Under the pieces are notes generated by a model. That model saw nothing but the letters and a program-made list of their open reading frames with translations. It was not told the DNA's origin and ran no database searches. From Azolla caroliniana (lineage: Eukaryota > Plantae > Polypodiophyta), in NCBI GenBank assembly GCA_043228905.1, contig JBHGNT010000036.1:186001-250000 (forward strand): a stretch of 64,000 nt of DNA, in the 5' to 3' direction. Below, in pieces: positions 9,392 to 21,300 of this stretch. A program made the position numbers and the translations under genes. Position 1 is the stretch's first letter. The number at the start of each line of letters is the position of its first letter.

Positions 9392-12348
9392 GCCCGAGCG
9401 GAAGAATCAGACAATCGAAGAAGTGGCCAAGGCAATGCTTGAAGAGAAAGATATGCCGAAATTCTATTGGGTTGAAGCCGTGAGGAGGGTTGTCTACCTG
9501 CAGAATCGAATTTTTGCTAATGGAGGAGTGTCGCCACATGAATTGTATTTCTGGAAGAAGTCGAACTTGGCACACTTGAGGGTTTTCGGTAGCATTGCAT
9601 ATGTCCATGTGCCGAAGGAAAAGAGGAGGAAGTTGGACGCCAAAGCCGAAAAGTGCATCTTAGTCGGCTATCCAAACGAGTAGAAGGGGTATAAATGTTA
9701 TAACCCCCGAACAAAGGAAGTACGTGTAAATCGAGATGTCGTGTCCGACGAATCTGCTTCGTGGTACTTGCCTTCACCTCCAATACCTCACGACTCCATT
9801 CCGAACTCTGAGGAAGAAGTCAACGAGGCTGAAATGCTTCCGCACGGTGATGAAATCGGAGCTTTGAGAGAGAGTCCGATCTCATTTCGACTAAGTGGGC
9901 CGACTAAAGGGTTGAGCCGAAATGACCAACCTATTCAAGAGACGGCGAGTAGTGGAGACTTGGCCATGATGTCCCCGTGTAAAGAACTGAGGAGACGGTT
10001 TATGCTCAAAGAGAAGGGCAAGAAGAAAATGTCGGAATACGACTTCGGCAGCGCCAAGTAAAATCAGAGTGAGTCTGACTACGGGCAAACTGAAAAGGAA
10101 CCTCCACGGAAGAGGTCGACAGTAGCCGAAAAGGTCGTGAAATCGGGTAATCACGAATTACACCGATCTACCTGCCTCAAGAACCCCATAAAGAGATACG
10201 GGTATAATGAGTACATGGCGCACCATTACGCGTACATGACGCGAGTGGCAAAAGTGCGTGAGCTGGAGAGCTACGCAGAAGCGGCGAAGGACACAAATTG
10301 GCATGCCACAATGGAGGAAGAGATGTGCGCATTGGCGGAGAATGAAACCTGGGACCTAGTTGACGCACCGAAGGGTGTGAAGCCGATCGGATGTAGGTGG
10401 GTGTACAAGGTCAAGTACAACACCAACGGCTCGGTCAACCGATACAAGGCCCGATTAGTAGCGAAAGGCTACACGCAGCAACACGACATCAACTACGATG
10501 AGACGTTTGCACCGGTCACAAAGATGACGACCGTTCGTGTTTTGCTTGCGGTAGCTATAGCGAAGGGGTGGCATTTACGTCAGATGGATGTCAAGAATGC
10601 GTTCTTGCAAGGCGAGCTTGAGGAATAGGTCTACATGGTACAACCCCCCGGATTTCACTCCGGAATGAACACTTCGGCGGTATGCCGGTTGAAGAAGTCC
10701 TTTACGAACAAAAGCAAGCCTCGCGTGCTTGGAACGCGAAAATCACGCAGCGCTTGCGTCGGATGGAATTTGTGACGTCCAAATCGGACTCTTCATTGTT
10801 CATTTGGTAAGGTCGACTTGGGCCGGTTAGTATTCTACTTTATGTTGATGACTTGGTCATCATCAATGCCAATCTAGGTGAAATTGACTGCGTAAAGCTC
10901 CAACTTGCGACATCATTTGACATGAAGGACCTGGGGGACCTTCATTACTTCCTCGGGATCAAAGTGATCCACACCCCCGAAGGCATACTGATCAGCCAAC
11001 GTCATTACGCGTTGAATATGCTCTTCAAGTTCGGGATGGCTGATTGTAAGCCCATCTCGATCCCTCTAGATAGGAACGTGAAGCTTCGCCCAGATTCGGG
11101 AAAAGCGTGCGACCCGACACGGTCCTGACAGATTGTCGGAAGCCTCATCTATTTGACTGTTACTCGGTTGGACCTCAGTTACCCGGTCGGATTGATCAGT
11201 CAATTCATGTCGTAGCCTACGACCGAACACTTTTAGTGCACGCAAAGGATATTGCGATATGTCAGCGGCATGAAAGACATGGCGTTGCTATATCGGGTCG
11301 GCGTAGCCGAACAATTAGTCGGCTACATGGATGTCGATTGGGCCGAAAACGCCCACGATCGCCGATCCACATCCGGATATGCATTCTCTCTAGGAAGTGC
11401 GGTGATCACATGAAGCAGTAAGAAGCAACGAGCACGGAGGCCGAATATCGAGGGGCGACTGTCGCTATGTGCGAAGTCATTTGGTTAAAACGGCTATTAC
11501 GGTATCTGCATGTGGAGGTGTATGATCTGACGACGATCTTTTGTGACAGCCTCAACAGTATCCACCTTGTGAAAAACTCCATGTTCCACAGCCGGACCAA
11601 CCACATTGAGGTGCATTACCATTTTGTCTGCGAGCGGGTCCTTTCAGGTGAAGTCGAACTGGTGCATGTTCCGACTGATCGGCAGGTTGCCGAAATCTTC
11701 ACCAAGCCTCTTGGTCTCCACAAGTTACGGCATTTCTCGGGTGAGCTTGGATTGCATCACCTCGCCACGCCGAACTTGAGGGGGAGAAAGGAAGACGAAC
11801 ATGAACAAGAGCGTGAAAGGAGCGGAGGTGGTCATCGCGACGGAAGTAACCATGACACGGAATCAGATGACGAATTCGATTTCGGGCCGGCTGAAGAAGC
11901 CGAAGAAAAGAGCAATGGCCATAACCGTAAGGAAGAACCGAGGATAGCCGAATCAGGGGGAGATACAGCCAAGAACGGCGTAAAGGCCAAGACCAAGACA
12001 TGGTATGATGTAGTCAAAGGCCTAAAGACAAGAGACGAATTGGAGACAACCAATTCGGACGAGAGCGGAATTGAATCGGAAGTGTTTGATTCAATCGGAA
12101 TGTTCGATTCGGATAAGCCGAATCAATTGAAGGCCATGTGGAGAGAAGGGCAGCGAAGGACACGCCGACACCACGACAACAGGGGAGCTGAGAAGGGCCG
12201 GATGAGCAAACAAGCCGACCGGAAGGGTCGAGGCGCGCGGAATCGAACGGGTCGAGGAGCGCGAGCGAGGCGTGAAGCCAGAAGGAACCGAAGCGTAGAT
12301 CCGGAAGAGCGGACGGAACCTCAAGTTCAGCTTGAGGGGGAGTTTTGA
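9392..12348 (+). pseudogene. copia A integrase C-terminus, RT, RNase H and C-terminal extension, disrupted
   Basis: HLRVFGS, YKARLVAKG, QMDVKNAFL, YVDDL, HIEVHYHF; resumes exactly after the GCGT duplication. Confidence 0.95.
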
Positions 12349-12756
12349 GAGACAAGCTCAACATTCGGTGCGTAATTGGGTGCGTAACCCAGTGCGTAAA
12401 CTGGGTGCGTAGAACCATGCGCACAATAGGCTGTAGCGGTGCGTAAACCACGAGGCCGTTGGAAAGATATTCCTCGTAAGGAATAATTTTGGGAGTTAGT
12501 GTAGTAGGCTCATTTATGAGCAGTCAAGTATTGTCAATACTTGTGTCAGCCTAATAGTCAGGGCTTGTATAAAAGGTGCTCATTGAGCACGAAGTTTACA
12601 TAGAGCGTCATTATTTTTGAAATATAACTGAGTTTTCTGCTCTCTTTCTCTGTCTCTCCATCCCCATCTCCATCTCCATCTCTGTGTTTTCTGCTGTTTT
12701 TCAGAACTGTGTACTCTGTGTTTCGCATACACTTCCCCACACGCTATTCTTTTACA
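12343..12756 (+). repeat. 3' LTR of copia copy A
   Basis: Follows PPT 12334-12342; first TG mutated to TT; ends TTTACA. Confidence 0.95.
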
Positions 12757-13373
12757 CCCTATTTACCAGAATACCCTTAAACCTAAACTTATTTACCATA
12801 ATGCCACTATATACCTATTTTGACCAATTTATACCACTTTTATTTTTCAAAATACATCATAAATCAAACTAAATTATCAAAATTAAATTATATATAAAAA
12901 ATTTCAATCGAAAGGTTACCTTAAAATCCAATTCTATGAATTTACACCGAGTTATACTGGCTTAATCCCATAAAACCAAATTTTGTGATTGAAGTGACCA
13001 AAATTTAATCTTAAAACCAAAACATTTGATCGCACACCAAATTTTACCATTGGAATTTGGGATGCCATTTTGAAGCCAAATTCCATGAATTTGCGAATTC
13101 ACAAACAATTTGCAAAATAAAAGTTTAGTTTGATTTATGATGTATTTGGAAAAATAAAAGTGGTATAAATCGATCAAAATAGATATATAGTGGCATTATG
13201 GTAAATAAGTTTAGGTTTAAGGGTATTCTGGTAAATAGGGCTTGTAGATTTGAGTGTATAATTACTTTATAAAGTGTATTTTTTTGGATATAGGGGTAGT
13301 TTGGTAATTTTGGAACTTCCAGGGGCATTATGGTAAATAGACGAACTTCCAGGGGTATCCTGGTACTTTTCCC
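12757..13373. mobile_element. Remainder of the Mutator-like foldback element: inner left TIR, AT-rich core of about 250 bp, right TIR 13124-13373
   Basis: Long inverted repeat ending ...TGGTACTTTTCCC (reads GGGAAAAG on the minus strand, a MULE-like terminus); no ORF. Confidence 0.75.
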
Positions 13374-14009
13374 TATAATGTATCATTAGTTCTTAGTCCT
13401 TAGGTGTTCTTGTAGTAAGTATATAATAACTATTCATGAATTTTGTTGGTGATTTGTGCAAAATACAGCTATTGACAGTCAATGTTCTAATATATATGTT
13501 TAATTTCAATACTATATGGGTGAATATAGTTCAAGAAACAACTATTGATGATAAATGTTATAATGTATACGTTAATTTCAATAATATGTGATTGAATGCA
13601 ACACCCTATTTATTGTTACTACGGTACAAAGGAAGGCATTTCCCATTTGGTATATTTGCAATTCCTTGGCCTTCAACATAATTATAGTGTTTTAAGTTGC
13701 TTAATTTTTGGCATAATTTACATTAGGTATATTATACTCGTTGTAGGCCTCACTTTGTTAATGGAAGCAATCTTTTAAGTTTTTTAAAAACTATAAATAT
13801 ATCCATTATAAAATTTACCAAACCAATCGCACATATTTAAAGATTTGAAAATGACTTGTTCATCTTTTATTTTTGTTTTTTTTGCAAAAATAGACTTTCG
13901 AATCAATTGCAAGGTATAATACAATTTTATGCATATACTTATGATATTTTATGTAGACGTTGATGAGAATGCACCCATGTGGCATTGAGAGGTGGACAAA
14001 CTAAGAATG

Positions 14010-14148
14010 CACCCCGCAACCTCCATTTGCTTCTCTTCCAACAATTTCAAGCACTTTTTAACTATCTTTTCAAAGTTCTTTTCATCTTTCCCTTGTATTA
14101 CTTATTTGTTATTGGCATGTTGCCCCTATTTAGGCTCAAACAGAATTC
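14010..14148 (-). pseudogene. Degraded fragment of nuclear 25S/26S rRNA gene (5' region)
   Basis: CAATTTCAAGCACTTTTTAACTATCTTTTCAAAGTTCTTTTCATCTTTCCCT matches the recalled reverse complement of the conserved LSU rRNA 5' region, with many C>T changes. Confidence 0.8.
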
Positions 14149-17100
14149 TCCTTTTTTAATTCTTCTGTGGATCAAGGGGGAAGTCTTGTACTTGGTGTAA
14201 CTACCTATTGAAATATGATGAATTTACAAAAAAGAGAGGAAGAAACCATTTATGGTGAAATATGATGATAAAAAGGTGATTGTTTGGGTTTCTTATGTAG
14301 AATAATCAATTGATAAGATTATGTCTTACATGTTTTGTTGATGAAGCTGTAAATTCATTGCTATGTTAGTGGGTGTTGATTCACATCCTTGTAAGTTGTG
14401 AGGCACCAATCCTACAAAACCTTATACAATATGGAGGGATCACAACCTCAATGTAGAACCCCCATCATAAGTCTCCAAACTCGGGTGGTTGCGTAGTTCA
14501 TTGGTAAGAGGTATGTTTGCAATCGGTATATCCTTTACTCTACTCGATGACAACCAACCATGTATTGGGGATCAATGACCCTAAACCGACACACAAACCA
14601 CATCCTCGAACCAACTAACCCAAGACCTAATTTCGTAGCTCCAAACGCCTAACATGTACACCAAAAGGCTCAGAAGATATCCTAGCCAAATAGATCAAAC
14701 TAACCCCAAAAATAGTCCCCTTGTATTGTTTTGTAATTGGTTATGACGTTGGATTGATAATTATGTTAAATGCATTCCTTTTCCTTTGGAATGTGGGTGC
14801 ACCATGTACATTAAACATTGAGAGAACGATGTTTTCGTGTGTGCATGTATTTGTGCTTAGTACCTCCATGATTGTGCTTGTTCTCATGCTTAATGAGACA
14901 TTAAAAGTTTCTCAAGATGAGCATTTCTATAGCATTTCATCACATAAATGAACCTAAATCAAGTTTGAACTATGAGCACTCAAAGAAAATATAATATTAA
15001 ACATTCCCGGTATATGCATGATGCATGATGCTTTATATGCAAGCAAAAAGGATGTTCATATGGTTATTAAGGTATAGTTTACATATAGTTCAAATGATTA
15101 TTGCCATCACATTTAAACAATTAATAATTGTGTGTCTATGCATGTAGAGAAAGCCAAATGATGTTCAACTAGAAGATGAAATTGGAATTTCTGAAGTTCT
15201 TTTGGCTATCGTAAAAATTGGTCCTTTTAGGGTTTAGATTTACGGATATGGGTCATTTTAAAACTTTGAGACCATATATGGATCGGCCAATTCCTTCAGC
15301 TGAAATATAGGTAATTTTATTACACAATGGTCTCAAAGATTTACTGATCCATATATGGTCTCAAAAGAATCTAATATAGTTTTATTACCCATCCATTCCT
15401 TCTGCTGAAAGGATATGATATGTATCAGACACAAATATGTATGTATGTCAAAGATGTGTTCGAGCAACGAATTATATAATCCTGATTCCTAGTATATCAC
15501 ATATGGTGCGAAAAAAATTTCAAAAAATGAAGTAGCTACAGACAGAGTGCAAAGGTGAAAAAGAAAAGGATTTTCTGTTTCTGTGTTTTTCTTCTTCCTC
15601 CTCCTTCCTCCCGTCTTTGGTGTTTCAGATCCTCTCGGCAGACCCACATTTACCTACCTACTCTTCTCCAAGGAAAGATTGTTAAGAAAAAAGAATCCAA
15701 CATAAAGCAGTAAACAACGGTGGCTACAGGAGCTGTGCACTAGAAGGAATACGAGTGCCAACCCCTTCCGTATGTATTCTCTTAATTATCTCAAATTCAA
15801 TCTCACTCTCATGTTCAACCTTTCTTCGCAACTTTGTTCTTATGCTTTTTCTTCTTTTCTTTTGTCTATATTACTAATACACATCTTTCTTTTTACTTGG
15901 TTCTTATGGTTTTGTTGTATGTTCTACATATTATGTATATGCACACATTTGGATGCATATTTTCTTTGAAGTTGTTCTTATGATGTTTGTCTTTGGTAAT
16001 GTATCTTTTTTTGTCTACCAGTGTATATTTGTATATAGATGAATCTTTCAACTTGTTCTAATTATAATGAGTTTCATGGGCAGACTAGTTTGGCATTGAA
16101 TATAAGCTAATGCATTTATTTCATTCCTTTTTTCTATGTCTTTCTATCAATGCATGCATAGCTTTGAAATTGCTTGTTCTGATTTGTTTCATAGGCTGAT
16201 TTTGGCCAAATTAGATGTTATTACATATTGGGATGTCCTGCTTTCGTTGTCTTCCTCTCAATGCATTGCATAGAGCAATCGTTGAGATTTATGTTCTTAT
16301 GATTTCTCATTGGCTTATTTCAACCTCTTTGGAAATGCTTGGATGAATTTTCAACAGATCAGGAAAACCTATCGTTAAGATCCCACCAATTTTGCCTGAA
16401 CCTTATTTGGATATTTCATATTTTCATCTATCCGTTTCATATTTGCCTGAAGAAGAAGAAGAAGAAGAAGAAGGAAGATGATGGAAAGGAGGGGGATGGG
16501 AAGGATGAAACTTGGTTGCCATGGATTCTTCTTCTTCTGCTCACTCTTGGGTGGCTGTTGTTCTTTTGCTTTTTTGCTTTCGTGCCTGGAAAGCTATTGT
16601 TTGTGTAAATGTATTGTGTTAAATGTGTGAGTGACACCGGGGGCATTCCTCGGCACCATGTGACAAGCATTGCGTTTTCCTTCGGAGAGACCAGCACACT
16701 GCTCGCATTGCACATCTGAGGGTTTGTTCCATGGGATTGTCTTTGGAACCCTTGGTTAAAGTAATGTAACATGTGCCGAATTATCCCACAAATTAAGAAA
16801 ATGCTTGTCTTAGATTAAATAGATAAAATAGTCCCAAAATTTGAAAACTTGGTTAGGCATAGTTGGGTGGTTATTTATGGAACGCTTCACAAAAACACAC
16901 ACTGATATACTATAACTATACTATAGAGAAGGCAACCAGTCAATTTATAAGAGTACTCATAGACAAATTTTCACCTTATTGAGATTCTGATAGATAGTGA
17001 GTTTAATTTGGCATAACATTCTTAATAGAGAGGCTTGGCTTGTTCATAATTTTACAGACAACATCTCCAAGTCTTTTTCTTTTCCATAAAAAATCCAGAA

Positions 17101-17389
17101 AAGAGGACAACAATGTGTTTAAGGAGACAAACATGAAGTTTAAACCTGTATTTTCTTCGAAATAAATAGGACATTAATTGAACGGGAGAGAAACAAGACC
17201 TAGACTATGTTTTCTCCTTTTTTACTTAGTTTTAATGAATTTTTTTTTTAGAATTTGATGGGTGACCATGATTCATAATAATTATCATAAACCGAACACC
17301 CCCTTGCATGGCATGGCTGCCTGAATGGATACGAATTGACACCAGTTTCAAATGCCAGGAACCATATACAATCACCCCTATTTTCCTCC

Positions 17390-17975
17390 ACCACTGGCCC
17401 ACTAATCCTCATTCATACACAGAAGGAGCCCCTACATATGAAGACGCTTACACATAAAACGGCACACTCTTCAACCTTGGTCGTGCGGCCCTCTATGCCC
17501 TTGTCATGGGTGGACTACCGCTAGACGCAGTCGACAGAACAATGTCACCACCACCACCACACCCATAACAACTCAAAGGGAGGCCACAAATGGAAGGAAT
17601 ATGTACATACATACTTAATGGCACGATACGACATCATAGCTAGCTAGCCCCATCAATAAGTTAGAAAAGACATGGATGCAAGCATTACAGAGTTACAAAA
17701 AGGAGGGAGGGAGCCTTTCCAAACTTAAAAGAGGATGCTGGATGGATTGATTGAATGAATGGAAGAGAAGCATAATCGATCTTCTTCTTCCGGCCTGCTA
17801 CAGTAGTAACAGCAGGGCTCCTTGCCAGAGGAAGAAAGATGATGAGAAGGCGGTAGCAGCAGCAGCAGCAGCAGCTATGGAGTACAACAGAGTTGGCAAC
17901 TGAGCTGAGGTCCAGCAGAATTTGTGCTGATCTGAATGATGAATTTAAAGCTGCTTACAGATAGATCCTTCAGCT
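17390..17975 (+). repeat. Upstream module, copy 1 (5' of DHFS), homologous to about 25600-26612
   Basis: Collinear shared blocks: CTCAAAGGGAGGCCACAAATG, GTTAGAAAAGA, TGCTACAGTAGTAA, AGAGGAAGAAAGATGAT, ACTGAGCTGAGGT, TTTGTGCTGATCT.AATGATGAATTTA. Confidence 0.85.
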
Positions 17976-18343
17976 ATGCCCATAGTTCCATGTAGAATAT
18001 CAGATATGTCCATAATTACTTGCAGTAGAACCTCAACTATGTCATGAATCCCGCACAGTGTTACTTATTCACAGATAGACAGCGTTCCTGCATCTTAATG
18101 ATTTTTGAATGCTGTACTTCCTCATGAAATGCTCTAAACTTTAGAGGTTCAGATGTGTGCAGCTACTTTACTTTAAACTTTACAGAACCAAAGTTATGCT
18201 TCTACAATAGTTGTTAAACTTTATGGATCTCATATAATATTCAACTGGCATAGGTCGATTATGGCTGTTGCTGGTATAACTGGACTCCTAAAATATCAAG
18301 CTCAACTTCCATTGAAAAGTGCAGCAGTCCAATAAAAACGACG

Positions 18344-21300
18344 ATGATGATGCGAAGGCTGGTTGGAGGAGGTAAGTCCTGTCGTTCCATCTATTGAGCG
18401 TCTCTACAATAGACTAGGTGATAACGAATTCCACAAAATAGAATCACGGCAGGCGCTAGGAACTTCTGTTGTCATAGAGAGGAAAGTACTTCAATGTACA
18501 AATGCCCTCAGACATCATTGTTCTTAGCTGCCCCAGGCTTCCGATCTATGATGATGATGACGAGGCCATCATTATCCTTTTCCGGGAGCAGCAATGATGG
18601 TTTGTATGCCTCTAGAGCAAACACTAGCAAGCACGATTGGGGATTTCGTAATGGAAAGCAAGATCAGGCTCCTGATGTTTTACAATTCCTCAATTCCTTG
18701 AGAAATTATGAGAAGGTAGGCGTGCCCAATGGTGCTGGTACTGACTCCAACCAGGGTTTTGAACTTCGTAGAATGCACCGGCTACTCTCATGCCTTGGCA
18801 ACCCCCTTGTTCACTATCCTGTAAGATCTCATGAAACTAAGTACAATAACTATGAAATTTTTGCCAGCAGTGCTTATCTCATTCCCTTCGTACAGGTCAT
18901 TCATGTAGCTGGAACTAAAGGAAAAGGCTCTACAGCAGCATTTATCAGCAACATTCTCCGTGCAGAAGGCTATTCTGTAGGGATGTATACAAGGTATGCT
19001 TCCCCAATTCTTACATATAGAACTATCTCTTAATCATATGGCTCTGCTGCATGCAAGGTATGATTCTCTATTTTTTAGTGCTATCTGCTGCATGAGCTGA
19101 GCACACAGTACACTGCTAAAGGCTGTTTGGAAATCCACGAAGCAAGAAAACATCATTCTTTTATGGGCTCTGCTCTCCTTGATAAGGGCTTGGAGGGTCA
19201 ATATAAGGTTCAAAAGTGTTGGGCCCATTTTGAAAGCCGTTCTGTTGAGCTGAATGACAGCCATATTAACATCTTTTAAGAGGGCAAAATGGCTTAAAAG
19301 TGCGGATAGTACATTGCTGAATGGCAGCCATATTAACATATTTCAAGAGGCCAACAGTGCCTAATAGAACAAATCATAGATTACGTCTTACAATGTTTTC
19401 TCAATATCGACAAGAAAAAACCAAAATAAATACCACTATACATATGGTACTAAACAATCTACATATTTAAGAACTTATATTAAACTTGGATTGATGGAAT
19501 CTTGTCCTCAAAATATTTCAAACACGGGCCACCTCAGCTGGAGAGATCTCCAAAGAGAGGGAAGACCTTTGGTGCTAGGCTGACAAGGCCGTTATCCAGA
19601 TGGTTATGGCCTACGTGTTCAACATATTGGTGTTGCTTGATCTATTTAAACCACTTTCGAGTGTCTTGGTTGAGAATCCACTTGTGACTTTAAGCAGGAA
19701 TGGTGTGGCTAAAGAAGTCATATTGTTCTCTGTTGATAAATGGCCATCCTTACACAACTTCTCTGTATGTCTCTTGAGTTCTAGCAAGTCGTAATCCATA
19801 GCATCGTTATTCTCGTGTTCCACGATATTGCGTAGTGGGTCAAAGCCTTGTTCGAAGAGGCAATGTTATCTCCCTGTTATTTCATAAAGAACACCATAGT
19901 GGCAGACCTAATTTTCTTCCAATTCCACCCTGATAGCACAGTTGGCATATCCATTCTTCCATAGGTTTGTGTGCATATTTGCCTGTCTCAATTTGTAACT
20001 GATGTGAAGATGTCTTGCGCTGATCTGTCACACAACAGTGTGCACGAGATAGATGTCTATCCATCCATATAAAAAGGCCTGTTAATAAATCGATCCAGAG
20101 ACATATGTCAAAAGAGTGTCTTGAAGTGGGCCATCTTCCTACCAAGAGATGCTTTTGGAGATGATCCATGTTTTTCCAGTTTCCAATTTATTGATATTAG
20201 CTCGGATCACTCTATTATTCTATACTTTAATCATGTTTAGGGGTGGACAATCCAAGCCATGTGGGTGGAACCATTCTTGTGTTTCAGCATACCAACAATG
20301 GTTGTCTCCATTTAAAGCCAGCTGTTTTGATGATCTATATACCAATCTTGGGATACTGGTCACTTCAGAATAAGGTCTCAATTACTATCAGGGCTGCTCC
20401 CATCTCCACACAGAGTATATCATGGAGCACTAGTGTTTGGCTCTTTATCATGCGGGAAAACATCAAGACTAAAGGTTTGTTGAAATCTGTTCAATTATGA
20501 GTCAACGGAGAGGGAGCTTGAGAAGGGTCAAAAAGTGACATTTATACCTCTCTAACAAAAGTGCTTTGCCATAGGTGGCTCAATAACAATGGCCTCAACA
20601 TCAAGAACTCACCACCCTTTTGATATGGTATACCTCCCCAAAATGACAAATGGAACAATGTATTGTGGCAAGCTCTATGGTAGCTCTACATCCAAAAGAC
20701 TTGGATCATACTTAAGGAGACCCTTTCCCAAATATGTCAACTAGAAAGATCATTTTATGAACTGAAAAGGATAGATTCATACAGAGATCGAGGTACATGA
20801 ACACCTACATAACATATAGTACTTCCAAAGCATGCCCAACTCAGGTTTTCCTCTCATCAACTAGAGATAGAGGCAGGACAAACACATTGCATACCTAAAG
20901 CCGAAAGATTTTGCAAATTATGTGAAGGAGAAATTGAAATCAAGGAACATTTTTTGTATAGATGCCCAGTTTACAGCACATCAGAGAGAAGTATGTCACC
21001 CTCTATGCAAAGTCCACCATTCGACAAATGATGGAGAAGGCTGAACAACAATATTTTGGCCAGATATTGTTCGGGCTTGAAAAGCATGGGGAATCAACCT
21101 TATATAAGCATGTGTGAGACAACAGAAATCTCACTTTACCTATTTCTTTCATATCTCCACACCCTCACTGACAACATGCAAGCAGTCGGCATAGAGAGAG
21201 CAAAGGAATGCCAATGATTGTTGATCACAAGTACTAGGATATATGGCACATGGGCCATATCACCACTAGCTCATGGAGATCATTGCGCACCATGTTCAAT

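Larger units (their letters stand above)
84..12756 (+). mobile_element. Ty1/copia LTR retrotransposon (copy A), degenerate, interrupted by a gypsy element
   Basis: LTRs 84-479 and 12343-12756; TSD CCCCA/CCCTA (1 mismatch); degenerate iMet PBS; PPT GAGGGGGAG; domain order gag-PR-INT-RT-RH. Confidence 0.97.

Noticed and set aside
15265-15365. Perfect 20-bp inverted repeat (possible miRNA hairpin)
   Set aside because: A partial third copy lies between the arms, so it looks like a DNA-transposon terminal remnant. No matching end or TSD was found.
17836-17945. Box C/D snoRNA in the duplicated module (ATGATGA and CTGA motifs)
   Set aside because: Boxes are not consistently arranged between the copies, and no terminal stem or rRNA guide was seen.
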